This document shows positions 36,301 to 49,698 of a DNA stretch of 64,000 bases, in pieces. This DNA is from Antedon mediterranea (Eukaryota > Animalia > Echinodermata), in the NCBI RefSeq assembly GCF_964355755.1, contig NC_092674.1, positions 20,522,001 through 20,586,000 of the forward strand. Reading direction: 5' to 3'. The notes below the pieces were generated by a model. It saw only the letters and a program-made list of their open reading frames with translations. It was not told where the DNA came from and did no database searches. Position 1 is the stretch's first letter. The number at the start of each line of letters is the position of its first letter. A program made the translations under genes and the position numbers.

Positions 36301-38130
36301 TAAATGTAATGAATTATAATGCAAAAGATGAAAATACGACTTTTTTTATTTAACTGGCCATATGATGACGTCACAACATCCGATTGGCAAAATGTTCACA
36401 TGATTTCGTATCTACAATTCAATAGCTTCCAGAAAACGTTTTAATCGTGATTATCACATTTCATTCTTACAAGCTATAACAGATTAAAATTTACTGTAAA
36501 GATGAAATTTATGCAACATGTAATTTAAATTTTTAGGCATGATGACGTCATAAAAATTAAAATATTTTTAACTCATGCGAAAGACAGTTGATTGACCTAG
36601 ACAATATCAAAATCGGGGTGAAAATGGAAAACGGATAAGTGTAGATGCGCTCTATTAAATGTGATGAGCTATGACGAAAGATACAAAAATCCTAAATTTT
36701 GTATTCGCGTGGCCATACAGTGACGTCACAATGTCCGGTTAGCCATATTAATGCATGATCCGATATTTACAACTCATCAACTTCCAGAATATGCAATAAA
36801 AATAACTTTTACCGTTTAGTTTAGAAACTACGACTGTTTAAAAAAAGGTATAATTTTGACAAATTTTGACAAATTTTTGAACTTTTTCATCAAAAACGCA
36901 CATAAATTATCCAATTCGACGTGCCCGTATGACGTAATTTTAAGTCGAAAATGTTTAGAAATTGGTAAAATTACTAGAAAAGGGTGGAAAAACATAAATC
37001 ACGCAAAAAAAATTGTTCTTAACGCTACGTGTGCACCGCACGCGTAAAAAAATGCGCACGCGTGGGAATTTTTGACATGCTCAAAATGACATGAAACGCG
37101 TAGAAAGTTGATTAAAAATTGATTTTTCTCATTTTGAAATTTTAAACGCGCATGCGCGCGTAACTTCGTGTGAAACATGCCATTTTTTCCCCACAGTTAG
37201 TTAGCGCAAGATATAAATTAAACTTTTGTTAAGTTTCAATTTAAATTGTTATATGGTTTTCGATCTATATTAAATACGCGAAATTCGTAAAAACGCAACT
37301 CTGTCGTCATTCACAATAGGAGGTGCACAATTTCACGTGAATGCCCACATGTTGACAAAGTTATAAAATGTTATGTTTACACGTTTTTGAGTTACGCGAG
37401 ACACAAAATTGACAGAAAGAAAGAATAATACAGAAAAAAAAAAAGATGATTTCATACAGTTACAAGGAGTTATCCGCTGAATGCGGATAACTAATTAAAG
37501 GTGCATGCTATTCGAGGTACCTTGACGTTGAGTGAAGGAGAAATTACTGAAGCCTACTAAGGTTGTAAAAATAATTGTAATTGTAAAATTGTGAAACTTT
37601 AGGGCTGCGAATTAAATGAAATGAGCCATAGGAAGAGTACAGATACTTACTGTTCCATTATTATAAGTTACAGGTATTGTAAATCTTGCTCCAAAAGTCA
37701 TCTTCATACAGTCTTTAAACGTCCAGTTGCCTGATTTAGGTGGGGTGTCTGGATTCACACAACTTCCAAGTACTACAACTGATGCTACAATAATAATAAT
37801 CAAATATTAGAATCAAAATCAGATGCAACAAAAATAGCATAAAATTAAGTACATTACGACGACCATACTCTCTGAAAGAAAATAGGCCTAATAATTACAC
37901 AGACCATTGAGGTAATAGTTATATCTCCATGCACAAACCAGTCATTCAAAAGAGGGCGAAATGACCATTTACCTCATAGATAGCCCCTCCTCGCTTCAGT
38001 GCTGCCCAGTAAAAGGCCTAGCCTATATAGCCTAGGGCTAGGCCTTTACTACAAAATAACCTACTACTGTACACTAGATTATAACCTACATACCAAATGT
38101 TAAGAAAATACAAAAGTATTTATTTTCCAT
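30375..38130 (-). CDS. LAMP-like membrane glycoprotein B, complete, 286 aa
   Basis: Exons 38130-38094, 37784-37651, 34907-34679, 34252-34079 and 30661-30375 (861 nt, phases 1/0/1/1, all GT-AG). Signal peptide MENKYFCIFLTFASVVLG; LAMP motifs GNWTFKDCMKMTFGARFTI, STC, IGSYIGC, VKMQPF, TEC; PTG stalk, TM, tail with YTDI. Confidence 0.88.
30530..30632 (-). repeat. Coding 15-bp repeat (S/G-P-T-G-P) stalk
   Basis: CCAGTTGGGCTGGGT units in gene B exon 5. Confidence 0.9.
30985..33803 (+). mobile_element. L2 (CR1 group) LINE, 5'-truncated ORF2 (APE endonuclease plus RT), antisense in gene B intron 4
   Basis: GGGVA, GDFN, TLDL and SDH endonuclease motifs; NYRPVSNL, LDLSAAFDTVDH, GVPQGSVIGP, YADDTQ, LHWLPV. 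One frameshift near 33065-33110; 3' GGCGCTATATAAG plus (ATT)n. Confidence 0.95.
35338..35651. mobile_element. MITE in gene B intron 2
   Basis: ~33-bp TIR ATGCACTTGTCAATTGTATGACCCA(T/C)TATACAAC. Confidence 0.8.
35929..37495. mobile_element. Helentron-associated (HINE/DINE-like) element in gene B intron 2
   Basis: AACTAG start, hairpin AACTCGTCA/TGACGAGTT, subterminal AGTTATCCGC repeated in the terminal hairpin AGTTATCCGC-TGAAT-GCGGATAACT. Confidence 0.65.
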
Positions 38131-39639
38131 TATGACATATAAATGCAACAACAGGGGCCGGGAAAGAGAAAGCGCCGAACGATTTAATCATCAATAATAA
38201 AGGAAAACAAAACACCACCGATGCTTATGAAACGCTAATAGTGTATTATTTATTAAATCTGAAACTTAAGCACGGAATGGGATGGGCTAATGACTATTCT
38301 CTTTAGGGTGATGTGTGTTTGGGTAGAGTGCGATGGTCCCTTGTTTTTTGGTTTTTTTTTTCTTGTTTTTAAAAGCAGAAAATAGTTTTATTTTAGCTGA
38401 CCAGAACTGAACTAGCGAAACTATTTTTCTTCAATGGAAACACGCCACCGATGAACCAATTCTCTCCACTTTCCAAGGGGCCGTATTAATTTAGGCATGC
38501 AGATAGAAGGAAATCAATTATGAAGGAAATGTTATTTCCTTTATAATGTGTTGCTAGTATCTCAAGTTCAACATACGACTGTCGTCAGTTTTAAGGCACC
38601 TACGAAACGAACCGTTATATAATTATGTTTATTTTTTTCTAACTGGTTGAGGATCTGTTAAATAATGAGTGCCGCGCTCCGAAAAGGACAATAACAATCA
38701 TATGGTTTGGTAGGCTAGTCCCATGCACATCCTCCAAACCCATTCATCCAATTATCCGGACGGCCCCATCCTATATCATTTAATTGACTCTTTAACTGTT
38801 GGGACATTCTGTTTCTTTTCATTGTTTTTAACAAACAATGATTTACACGGCCAACTGGTGTTAAAATCAGTTCCGGGATTAAATTTCCCGGAAATGTTAA
38901 TACACGCGCGCCAAGATGTATCTCGTGATACGAATAGATGCTTAGATAAGAGCAATCTTATCTATGGAACGCCAAAAAGAACAAACTGTCATGACGATCA
39001 CATAACCCAAGGAGTTAATTATCATATAGCTAACTATTATAATGTTTTAAAGAGAGAAATCGGATGAAAATTAATATATTAAATAGGCCTATCACCTTCA
39101 ATAGTAAAGCACTTATTTTGCGCTGCAGCAAAATAATGGTTGTTTCCTATCAATAATTTGTTTTTTATTGCAGAGCAACATCGGGTAAATAGTGTTATAT
39201 CGATTGTGATATTGTGATACTTCTGAATGTTAATTAAAGTATTCGCAAATTGAACTTGTTACTACAGTATAACAAAAACAATTTTCATTTCAATGTGAAT
39301 AATAAAAATTCATATTTTTATCTTATTCTTATCTTATTTAACAGAATGTGACCTTTTGTTAATGTACAATTTTTAATTAACTGTTTTCTTCTCTTGTTTT
39401 TATTCTCATATGTATAAACTATACAGTCTAAATAAAATGCTATCAGTAACTAACTAATATCTCTTGTTATCTTCCTTTATATTCGTTTTCTATTATAATT
39501 TTTAATTCTTGCAAACGTTTGATAAAAGTTATGTTTATTTCTACAGTATCATGTCACATTTGCTTTATAATTTTTACAATGATGATCCAAATAAGAAATT
39601 GAATATGTATGGCTGTATTATCTCTGATGTTAAAATAAA

Positions 39640-40830
39640 CAATCTCAAAATTATTGCTTTCAAAAATAGACGCAATCTTAAGGAACATTGAAAAATAGAA
39701 TTATAAAAATATTAAATTACAAATTGTTAATTCGAATAATTACCATGGTGTTATTTTTAGTTCAAATGGCTTATCGAACAAATCAATACAACACAATCAA
39801 CAAAAAGCAATCTTATCTTTACTACCAATTAATACATGGAACCATATTTTTGATTTGAAAATACTTCCTATTTTAACATACGGAAGTAAAATCTGGGGAA
39901 TGTCAGACAGTACTAAACACTTCCGAGTTAGGTAGATTACCACTTTTTTTGGATTGTTTGGTTACAGTTGTAAGATTTTGGATACATATTCATGATAGAT
40001 TTATTTTTAAGTACAATGAGTTTTAACTTTTCAAGTTTAATCGTAATGAGAATTGTTGGGTACAACAGGTCAAGCAGTTATTTTTTCTACTGGTTTTGGT
40101 TATATCTGGTTACAACAATTTGTTCATAGTAAAAGTTTATTTTTGAAACAATTTAAGTTACGCTTATGTGATACTGAAAAACTAAAATGCATTCAACAAT
40201 GTTTACATCATATGTTAATGTTCTTTTCTCTTATAAAAAAGAAATATCTTTAAGTTACCATTCGACCAATATTATTAATTTTAAACAAAGAAAATTATTA
40301 ACCAAATTACGTTTAGGGATTTTAGAGCTTGAAATCGAAAAGGGGAGATGGGAATGCTTAGAAAGACACATAAGAGAACGTGTAAATTATATATAAAAAT
40401 AATATTGTTGGGGATGAATTTCATTTTATTTTATAATGATTTAAGAAACAAATTTATTCCAAGATTTAGTCGTGTCTATCCTTCTATTAACAAACTATGT
40501 TTATTACTTATAATTTCGGAAATACGTCTACTTTGCTTTTGAAAGAAAGAAGAAGATATGGTGATACTTTCCCCGTCATTATCTGGGTTGCAGGGCTTGT
40601 TGATACATGAGGAATATGCGTCTAATCATGTTACCATATACAATTTTAAAAAATCTGTATGCATGTTATTTCGTCCAAAACGACGCAAACTTAATGGTGA
40701 TCCTGAAGTATTTGTATGTAATAATCAATTTTTGACAAAGTGAAGTACCTTGGACACATTATTAATAATGACCTAAGAGTACATAATGCGGCAAATAGAT
40801 CTCTGAGTATAAGAGCAAATTCCAGACCAA
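39640..40830 (+). mobile_element. Degraded non-LTR retrotransposon fragments (RTE-X-like)
   Basis: KLRLGILELEIEKGRW...GDEFHF zinc-knuckle region; a separate RT fragment DMVILSPSLSGLQ...YNFKKSVCMLF...KYLGHII. Confidence 0.55.
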
Positions 40831-41142
40831 CATCACTATGATAATATGCTAAGCACTCATATATCAGCAAAATGAACACTATAACTATGCATTTAATATG
40901 GGTGTAATAGTACAAATGATCTTGAAATTCAATTTGGTCGCTGAAATGGTCGAAAAAAAATAACTGTTTTGGCACAGAAATAATGATAATTGTTTAAATA
41001 CTGGAAGTAGCTTTGCGACAGAAAGCTAGGAAATTGTGAACATAAGCTCTGTAAGCTCTCTCTCTCTTTTTTATGTAGGCCCTACTTAGCATTAATTACA
41101 ATTACTTCAGATCAGGGAAACCGTCTGATAATTGTAGTAATG

Positions 41143-41182
<40 letters not shown>

Positions 41183-41197
41183 ATAATGATGATGATG
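41143..41197. repeat. (GAT)n microsatellite
   Basis: Direct reading. Confidence 0.95.
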
Positions 41198-41554
41198 TAT
41201 ATCTACAACTCATTGTCCTCCATAAATAAAAAAAAAACTAAGTCATAATTCATTCTGAAGAACTATAATAGATTTAAAATTGACAAATTCATTCTTATAA
41301 TAGCTTTAAAAATACTATTACATTAAACACAACGCCAGTGGATAAACCAATCACAGGCGACAATTTTTATTACAACTTGCTCGTAATGATCTTATATGCA
41401 ACGTACGTCCTTGCGTTGCGTCCTATAAAAAATCGATACGATATTTAGTCATCTTTTAACGAACCAAAAAAACTGCACACGGTACTGCAAAATCATTTGA
41501 TATTGCGCTGCTGTGACTACCATTTGTCATCGTTTTAAAGAATATATTTAAAAA

Positions 41555-42290
41555 ATGTTTAATTTTATCTGTTTAGTTTTCTTAAAGCTCACAATTAGCA
41601 TTATCAAAGGAGAAAATATTGGTAAGAAACCAGCCTTTTTTAACAAATATATTTATTACCTGAAAGTGTTTATTTACATAAATATTCATGATGGTTTTTT
41701 TGTTTTGTTTTTATGTGGAACAGTTCTTTGAATAAAGATATAAATAACAGAACAATACAAATCAATTATTGATGTTATAGAAAAAAATAATGTTTTTGCT
41801 CCTTGTTCCATTGAAAATAACTTTAATAATCTAATTTCCACTTGTTTTTTTTTTACAGAATGCTCATATTCCCAATACAACTTATCCATGTACAGTGTAA
41901 ATCATTTAACTGACTTGTCAACACAAACATGGATGGATCTTAAAGACATCTGCAAGGCATCTGGTGGCTACCTTGTGTGTATCAATACACCTGATGAGTT
42001 TGAGTTTGTACTAAATATTCTTAATAAACCAAAATGTAGCAGCAACACAAGGTACGGAATTGGATTTTTGCGTCAACCTGGTCTGATCCGTGACGTTGAC
42101 TCCAGCTGGAAATGTGAGGGAGATCGTACCACTCTGAACACCCAGGTGACACCATGGAAATCTGGTCATCCGAATAAGCCTAATTATGAGTATGCTGCGA
42201 CGACACTAATGTCGGAATTAGCCTTTCTGAAAGATGTAGATCCCCATATTCGATTTACCCGCTATAACGATGGATACATCTGTGAATATG
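41555..42290 (+). CDS. Secreted or membrane C-type lectin-like domain protein (3' end unresolved)
   Basis: Exon 41555-41621 signal peptide MFNFICLVFLKLTISIIKG. Exon 41859-42290 (phase 1-1): TW...C...GGYLVCINTPDEFEFV, YGIG, WKSGHPN, YICEY. Next exon not identified. Confidence 0.8.
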
Positions 42291-44847
42291 GTATTTTGAT
42301 TTTTCTTGATATTTATTTCATTAAATTATCTCTTAATAAATACAGATTGTTGTAGATAATACCTTTACTTGATTGTTAAATTCGACTTAGGCCTATACTG
42401 ATATTATTTAAAACATAAAGGTTTTATTCAATCGTGAAGTCGACAATGTGTATGTTGCATTGTGTGGTCGAGTTAGCTTCATCACATCTCATAAAGAGTT
42501 GAAATTAATGCTATCCCTTTGCAGTACGATTCATTATTGTCATTTATATTGGTATATCTATTTTTGTAAGATCCAGTAATTTTTCAAGCTTTGAAGTTAC
42601 CTGTTAGTGTTGGGAAGACTAATTCTCCTATACGATGTGCTCTGCAGTGCTTCAGAAAGAACAATTGTAAGGGATTTTACGCAGAAGTAGTAGGTTGTCA
42701 GCTCATTTATGAACTGAACAGTGAAATTACTGGTTTTAAGAAGACTACTTATCGCCTTTAAATATACTGACATTTTTGCCCAGTTTCTTTTGGATATTTG
42801 GTAGTGTCTTATTTGTATTACATGTGTTGCCTGTATCACGTAAGGTTGGTTAATGCTTAGTATGATGATGATACTTGGAGATAAGTTTAAAACACATGTG
42901 ATGTTGTATTCCAAATTAATATAATTCTTATGATACTGGGGAAATCTACAGTACCGAGAATTGGGTTAAATTACAGAATATGCTTCTTTATTGTGATTCT
43001 TATTGGGATGATTCGTGTCACAGAATACTGTGCTGTAGTTTGCAGAGTATGGGCAAACCAAGTAATACAGTTATCGATGTTGATGTTTCTTCTTTCTTTT
43101 CTCAAATACCGTCACAAATGTGATCTTCTTTTCAGGTCAACCTTTTTAGGAATACGTTTTTTCAATCCTCAGTATTATTTCATAGAATCTGTACATTTTG
43201 GAACGGTCTTTTCTCATATTTAAAGACCTTGATCTTCTTCGTCAACACTACTTTCCTAAATTCTCCTTTCACCTCTCTTTTTAATTTTCATTGTAATTAT
43301 TATGTTATTACTATTAGATGTTTATCTACATTGATATTTCTTTAAATTTAAATTTAAAATTCATATCATATTTTAGTCGTGCTTAACTAATTATTTGTTT
43401 CTTTCTTTCTTTATTTCAATTTACAACAAAAACATAAACAAATAATCATTACAAAACAAAAGAATGGAAAGAGGAATCGCTGAAGCACAGCTTATAAGTA
43501 GAAACCCTCTGTTACAAATCATTATATAATAATATATAAATAGAAATATGAAAAATAAGGCACATGACATTGTTATTTATTTATACTGGATAACCTCTGC
43601 AGTCAAAGACTGGTCTCCCAGAGGGTTCAGTTATGATCAGTGGCTGTGCTATAATACAACACACATTTACACGTTTATTATATATTTTGAATATAACATT
43701 ATTTAGTACATTAATATCAATCGAAAACAATTAAAATAGTATTCACTCACTGAACTTGCTATAATCAGAACTATACTACAACATTTTTCAAACCATTTGT
43801 ATTAATTAAATGTAAACAAAATGTATATATTTTATGTTGAGTAAATGAGATTTATTAACTTTGATAATGTAGGCCTATACTAATGAAATACAGAATTCTC
43901 ATGCGGAGAGTGTTTTTGTTTGTTTCTTCAACGTACTGATCATGTTTACCACAAATATGACAGTATATATGATATAATGAAGGTTTTTTTAGACAATTAC
44001 TGTAATTAATTGTCTTATCCGTAAAAAAAATACGACTAGTTTAGTTACTCGTAAAGTTTTGCAAAATTTGCCGCACCAGTGACTCCCCACATTTTGGGTG
44101 TCGTGAGATTCTATTTGACTGAATGCATTTAATTATAGTGTTCATTTTTTAAATACAACATGACAACCGTGATCAGCTTTCATTTAATTACAGGTGTCGA
44201 CTTCGCTCCTCTAATAATGATCCCACCCGACTTTTCGTTCCACGATCTAATCGGAAAGCTGGTGAAAATGCGTTTTCTGTCGCCGCTCCGCGCTGATCTG
44301 GAACGCGCTACCTGTTCATTTGATAGGAGCGAATTCGGCACCCCTCTTTAAACGTCAACTTAAACCTTTTCTTTTTAATTAATTACTTAGTATTGTTAGG
44401 CGCTCTGTTCTTTGTAGGGCGCCATATAAAAACCTGTATAGAATAGAATAGAATGTTATATTATTTTATATATAAATATGATGTCATTTTACAATTCATT
44501 GGAAAAAAGAATGACATGCTATTATATTTTGAATAAATGTTATCACTTGTTTTTCTGTTGCTATTGAAATAAAATAAAACAAATGGTCGTGACAAACGGA
44601 TGCACAATAAATGGTAAAACGTGCAGAAGGAACGAATGCAGTTACATGGATCGGTCAGGTCAGGTCAGGTCAGGTCATTTTAATAATATTAAACAAAACG
44701 CAAAAATGTATTGATGTATTCTTATATTTAAAATAAATTATTTTTAAATGCGAGTATCAACAATATTAATCGATAATTAACATAATATAACAAAACGAAT
44801 ATAAATGCATTACAATGTTGGCATACTTCTTGGTGATTCGCCAAATA

Positions 44848-46550
44848 CGTATCCGGATATTCACCCCCTGGACATTTACCCCCCGGACAACTACCCCCCG
44901 GACAACCACCACCTGGACCACTACCCCCTTAGGACAACTACCCTTTTAGGACAACTACCCCCCGGACAAATACCCCCCGGACAACTACCCCTTTAGGACA
45001 ACAACCCCCTTAGGACAACTACCCCCTGGACAACTACCCCCCGGACAATTACCCCCTAGGAACAATTACCCCCCGGACAATTACCCCCCGGACAATTACC
45101 ACCCAGAAAACTATCCCTTTAGAACACCCTAACCACCCAGACCATTCAACAACCTGACTCTGCAACTATTAATTAATAACTATATTTTAATTCGTTACTT
45201 TGACGAATTACTATTCATTATTGTAAACAAAAGTAAAAGATTGAACATAAATATAGCCTGGTGGTATAAACTGAAGATTGTCACACATGATCATAGGATA
45301 GTCGAACGTATTATATAGTACTCCATGTATTTACTGTAAAGACTGGGTTCGCTAATAATAATAATAATTTTTGCGTCAGGACAATGCTTCGATAACCACT
45401 GGTCTTAAAAGAATTAATTTTTGTCTCAAATTTGTCATATATGTATTTTTGTACACTTGAAGAATAATATCACTTTTGATATTTGACCTCAATGTTCACT
45501 CACCGAATAAACGTCGATCTTTAAATAAATTCCCCTCAAATAAACGGTGACCATGTCACTCCCATGAAACATCATATGGAATAATCGGCGTCTATTTCCA
45601 TTAGATTATACCCCCTCCCATTGAATAAACAACTTTCTTCCAATAAATGTCCACCTAAAAACCACCTAAACAATAAACAGCCCAGGCCGTTTTTTTCAAT
45701 AAATACGGTACTTTAAATCTAGCACATCTAGGGTCTAGCGTGCTGTTAAACAGAATAATCGGTTAAAAACGGGTGTTTCAAAACTAGAGACCCGAGACCA
45801 GAGACCAGAGACCCGAGACCCAATACGAAAAGGGAGACCTAAATATACGAAAAGGGAGACCCACGTACGAAAAGGGAGACCCCACTATACGAAAAGGGAG
45901 ACCCCACTATACGAAAAGGGAGACCCTAATATACGAAAAGGGAGACCTAAATATACGAAAAGGGAGACCAAATATGCGAAAATAGAGACCCAAATATACG
46001 AAATGGGAGACCTAAATATACGAAAAGGGAGACCCACTATAAGAAAAGGGAGACCCCACTATACGAAAAGAGAGACCACACTATACGAAAAGGGAGACCC
46101 TAATATACGAAAAGGGAGACCCAAATATAGGTCTCCCTTTTCGTATTGGGTCTCGTGTCAGGTCTCTGGTCTCGGGTCTCTAGTTTCGAAACACCCGTTA
46201 AAAACAGATGATTTCATTTTTACAGAAACCGGTCCTATATATTTGTCTACTTTTGGATTGGGGGGAGGGGTAGTTGACCGGGGGGTAGTTGACCGGGGGT
46301 AGTTGACCGAGGGGTAGTTGACCGGAGGGTAGTTGACCGGGGGGTAGTTATCCTAAGGGGGTAGTTGTCCTAAGGGGGTGGTTGTCCAGGGGGTAGTTGT
46401 CCGGGGGGTTGTTATCCTAAGGGGGTAGTTGTCCTAAGGGGGTAGTTGTCCGGGGGGTAGTTGTCCGGGGGGTAGTTGTCCTAAGGGGGTAGTTGTCCGG
46501 GTGGTAAACATCCGGGGGGTAACTGTCTAGGGGGTAGGTGTCCTAGAACC
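44848..46550. mobile_element. Non-autonomous Mutator-like (MuDR/foldback) element
   Basis: 9-bp TSD CGCCAAATA (44839-44847, 46551-46559); inverted terminal GGACAACTACCCCC arrays. Confidence 0.85.
45771..46196. mobile_element. Nested MITE with 21-22-bp TACGAAAAGGGAGACC repeats
   Basis: TIR GGGTGTTTC.AAACTAGAGACCCGAGACCAGAGACC and its own 9-bp TSD GTTAAAAAC; also present at ~60608-61032 and ~62307-62731. Confidence 0.85.
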
Positions 46551-47740
46551 CGCCAAATATATTGTTATATCGTGCTGGAAACCTGATAATTAAATGGATT
46601 ATTTTTCTTTCGGTTGAGACGAATGGTAAAAATAATACCCATGATAATTGGTGTAATAGTTACCACAGCCACTACAATGATGGTGTTTATTCCTATTTGG
46701 TCAATACCGCTAGGTTCACTTTCGCATACTTGCACTGTAAATCCATAAAAAAACACACAATTACGGTATATTCAAATAATAACAATTACAGAACTCTATA
46801 TTAATCTGGTATCAACATTACCGTATTACACAAAAGATGTAAATGCCAGACTATTTAACTTTGATAATGGAATTCAGATATTCAGTAGTATTTTACTTCC
46901 AAGTATTATTAGTAATTTCAATTTGATTATCTAAATAATAACGATGCGTAATTACTTACCTTTACCGTAATCTAGATCAGATGTATATTGAACATAGGGT
47001 TAAAGTTTAAAATTGTTAAGAGTAAGAATCTTGTCAGAAACTTGAAACGTTAAACTGTAGCCTAATAATAGCCAACGTCTATATTTGTGAAGTCACTGCT
47101 TGTTAAAACAGAGGTCGAATCTACAATTTTGATCAAAATATCAGAAATTCATATAATATATATTAAATGTATATAGGCGTACACTATACATAGAGAATAA
47201 ACTTGCCCCTTTAAGGTGAGATACAAACCATTTAAAATAATCAATAGTAGGTCCTAGCCCCTACTTAATAATAATGGTCACATTATTATCTTAGTAGGCC
47301 TCAATAAGATAGAGGCTTCAACAGCAGCGTGGCGCTGCGAGCAGGGTACCAAGCATCAAGCATCAAGATCGAAGAGGACCAGTTACCGGAATCTAGGCTC
47401 TCAAGTTATGAATGGAGATAAGAAGATAAGAACATTGATACTTATATATGAATGTGTTGATTATAATTTTGATACTTATGAATGTGTTGATTATAATTTA
47501 ACATTTGGGAAGTTGACCATATAATTTAAATTGATAATTCTAATAATTGGTGTGACATGTGTGACATACAATACTCTTGCTTGGAATTATAATCATTGAA
47601 AAGTGTGGATCTGTTAAAATATATTGTTGATATGTTATCTGTGATCAATTGTTTATATAGTACCTTATAGTTTAGTTTATGAATGATCGTTGTTCGTATA
47701 TTCTCGATTTAAACTCGTTATATCATCTGTGTATATTAAT

Positions 47741-48334
47741 ATGGCGAAAGCTGAGAAACCCGATACTGAGACCACAGGAATTAATAGTATGATTGCTGCG
47801 CTTACTGATGTGTTGAAAGGTGTGGGTGTTCAAAAAGTTCCTCCTCCTATTAAGTTGGCTAAATTTAGGGGTCGTCCAAAATCCCCTGGGGATGTCACGT
47901 TGCGGGAATGGCTCGAAGATTTTGAGACATATTGTACACATTATAATCTAGGTGGGGACGTAAAATATGATGCCCTAGTAAGTCACTTGGGGGGATCGGC
48001 TAAAGACGAAGTACATTACCAAATGTCCATATTGGGTAAAGGCAAACATGTTAAAAAGGCCATTCAAGTGTTACAGACTACCTTTTCTCCAGATGAATCC
48101 GTATCGGCTTTAAATACTTTGTTTTATTCTCGTAATCAGTTGGATTATGAAAGTGTGGCCGAATATAGTTTAGAGTTAATGAAAATTTATTCGCGATTAT
48201 TGGAAGCTTCTTTCCCCAATGAACAGAATGCTCTCAAACATTTACAGGACTCCACACTCAAACAGAGATTGGTAGAAGGGGTACGGGATCCACTCGTTAG
48301 GCGTGAAATTAATTGGAACAATATGCAAAGGTAA
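47741..48334 (+). mobile_element. Second truncated Gypsy gag ORF, antisense in gene D intron 3
   Basis: LAKFRGRP...LREWLEDF, HLGGSAKDEV, FYSRNQLDYESVAEYSLEL, LKQRLVEGVRD; no pol. Confidence 0.85.
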
Positions 48335-49342
48335 AATGTGGTAATTTTGTTATGTTATTTTATTGCCCACGTCATATCATAGCGTCTTCTATAATAGGCT
48401 TACTTTTTTCAATATTTTGTAAAGATGTATTTTCCCCCTGAAAAAATAATTCTAAACAAAAATTTATGTTGAAAGTGCCATTTTAATGTAACATAGTAGT
48501 TATCTACTTTGATTAAAAATTGGATCGAAAAAAAAAATATTTATCGAAAAAAAACTGTAATTTAAAGCAAAAAATTGTCAAATTGGCTGCCAGCCAATTG
48601 GTTTTTGGTTAAATTTAACCATTTATTTTGTCATTTTATAAGTGAAAACATTGTTTATTCTACGGAAGTGATAAACCTTATTAAAACGACAAAATAACAT
48701 ATTCAAAGTCTGATTTAATTAATCTTCATTTTACATGTTTTTGGGGGACAATACATCTTTAATATTTCCTGATCTCCAAATTTCCGTTAAATAATATTTT
48801 GTACCCATGCATTACGAATACAATTATATTTATTTTCTTTGGACAAAAATATGACACGAATTTAGCAAAGTTTAATGCGTGCTGACACTGTAATACTTTC
48901 GGCTCTGAATTCGACTGAGCTCCATTATTTTTAAAACAAAATTAGAAGACTTGCCTTCTGTAGGATAATGACTGAAATCGTCTGAGTCTGCAATCGTTAT
49001 GCTGTCTAGTTTGTACTGTAACCCATACATTGTGTAATCTAGTCGGATACCCCACGCCTTTAAATCCTTAAATGTCAATGTGAAAGATGCATACGTCCCT
49101 CGACACTTGGAGTAGGTGGTGTCAGATTCGGGGGGTACTTTGATTATATCTGTCTGTAAAGGTATTTTTCAATAAATTGTTGCTAACATGAATAAATCGG
49201 AAAGTGGTAAGTAGAAAAGTAACGTATCGTATAAAATAATAAATATAAAGTTGCAAAAACCATATCAGAGTAGATTCTTAGTCCTGAATATTCGACAGTT
49301 AGTACAATGTAAATAGTGTTTAGATCTTAAACATGTATTTTG

Positions 49343-49698
49343 TACCCACATTTTCCACACATTTAGCTTTTTAAACAAACACGTAGTTACATTAGCGTGT
49401 TTAACCTAAACGTGTTTATAGCTACATGTTATTTTCCAACACTCATTTTAGCAGTCAACATGTTTAGTAGGTACGTGTTTAGCGTTGCGTGCATACGATT
49501 TTACAGTAGCGGAGAAAAAGTTCCACACATGAGCTCCACACATGGAAAACCTAACCGTGTCTTTATATTGCTCCACATGTTTAACAATCAACTCGTCACT
49601 GATGTGTTAAGTTGGCCTACATGTTTCAAATGTGTTTAGAACCCAAAAATGTTTCATATCTAAACATGTTCAAGGCTAATTGTGTGGAAAAGTGGGTA
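49343..49698. mobile_element. MITE in gene D intron 2
   Basis: TIR TACCCAC(A)TTTTCCACACA.TTAGC / GCTAATTGTGTGGAAAAGTGGGTA. Confidence 0.7.

Noticed and set aside
38723-39067. 114-aa ORF upstream of gene B (likewise 14391-14705 and 8504-8818)
   Set aside because: No recognisable motifs or exon context; consistent with chance ORFs or transposon debris.
42570-43260. Possible minus-strand LINE 5' remnant
   Set aside because: Motifs too degenerate to support a call.
44580-44660. Cys-containing stretch as exon 3 of the lectin gene
   Set aside because: No convincing acceptor and no recognisable domain pattern.
45820-46130. TACGAAAAGGGAGACC repeats with short variable linkers as a CRISPR or iteron array
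   Set aside because: Linkers are only ~5-6 nt, and the array lies inside a TIR/TSD-bounded MITE.
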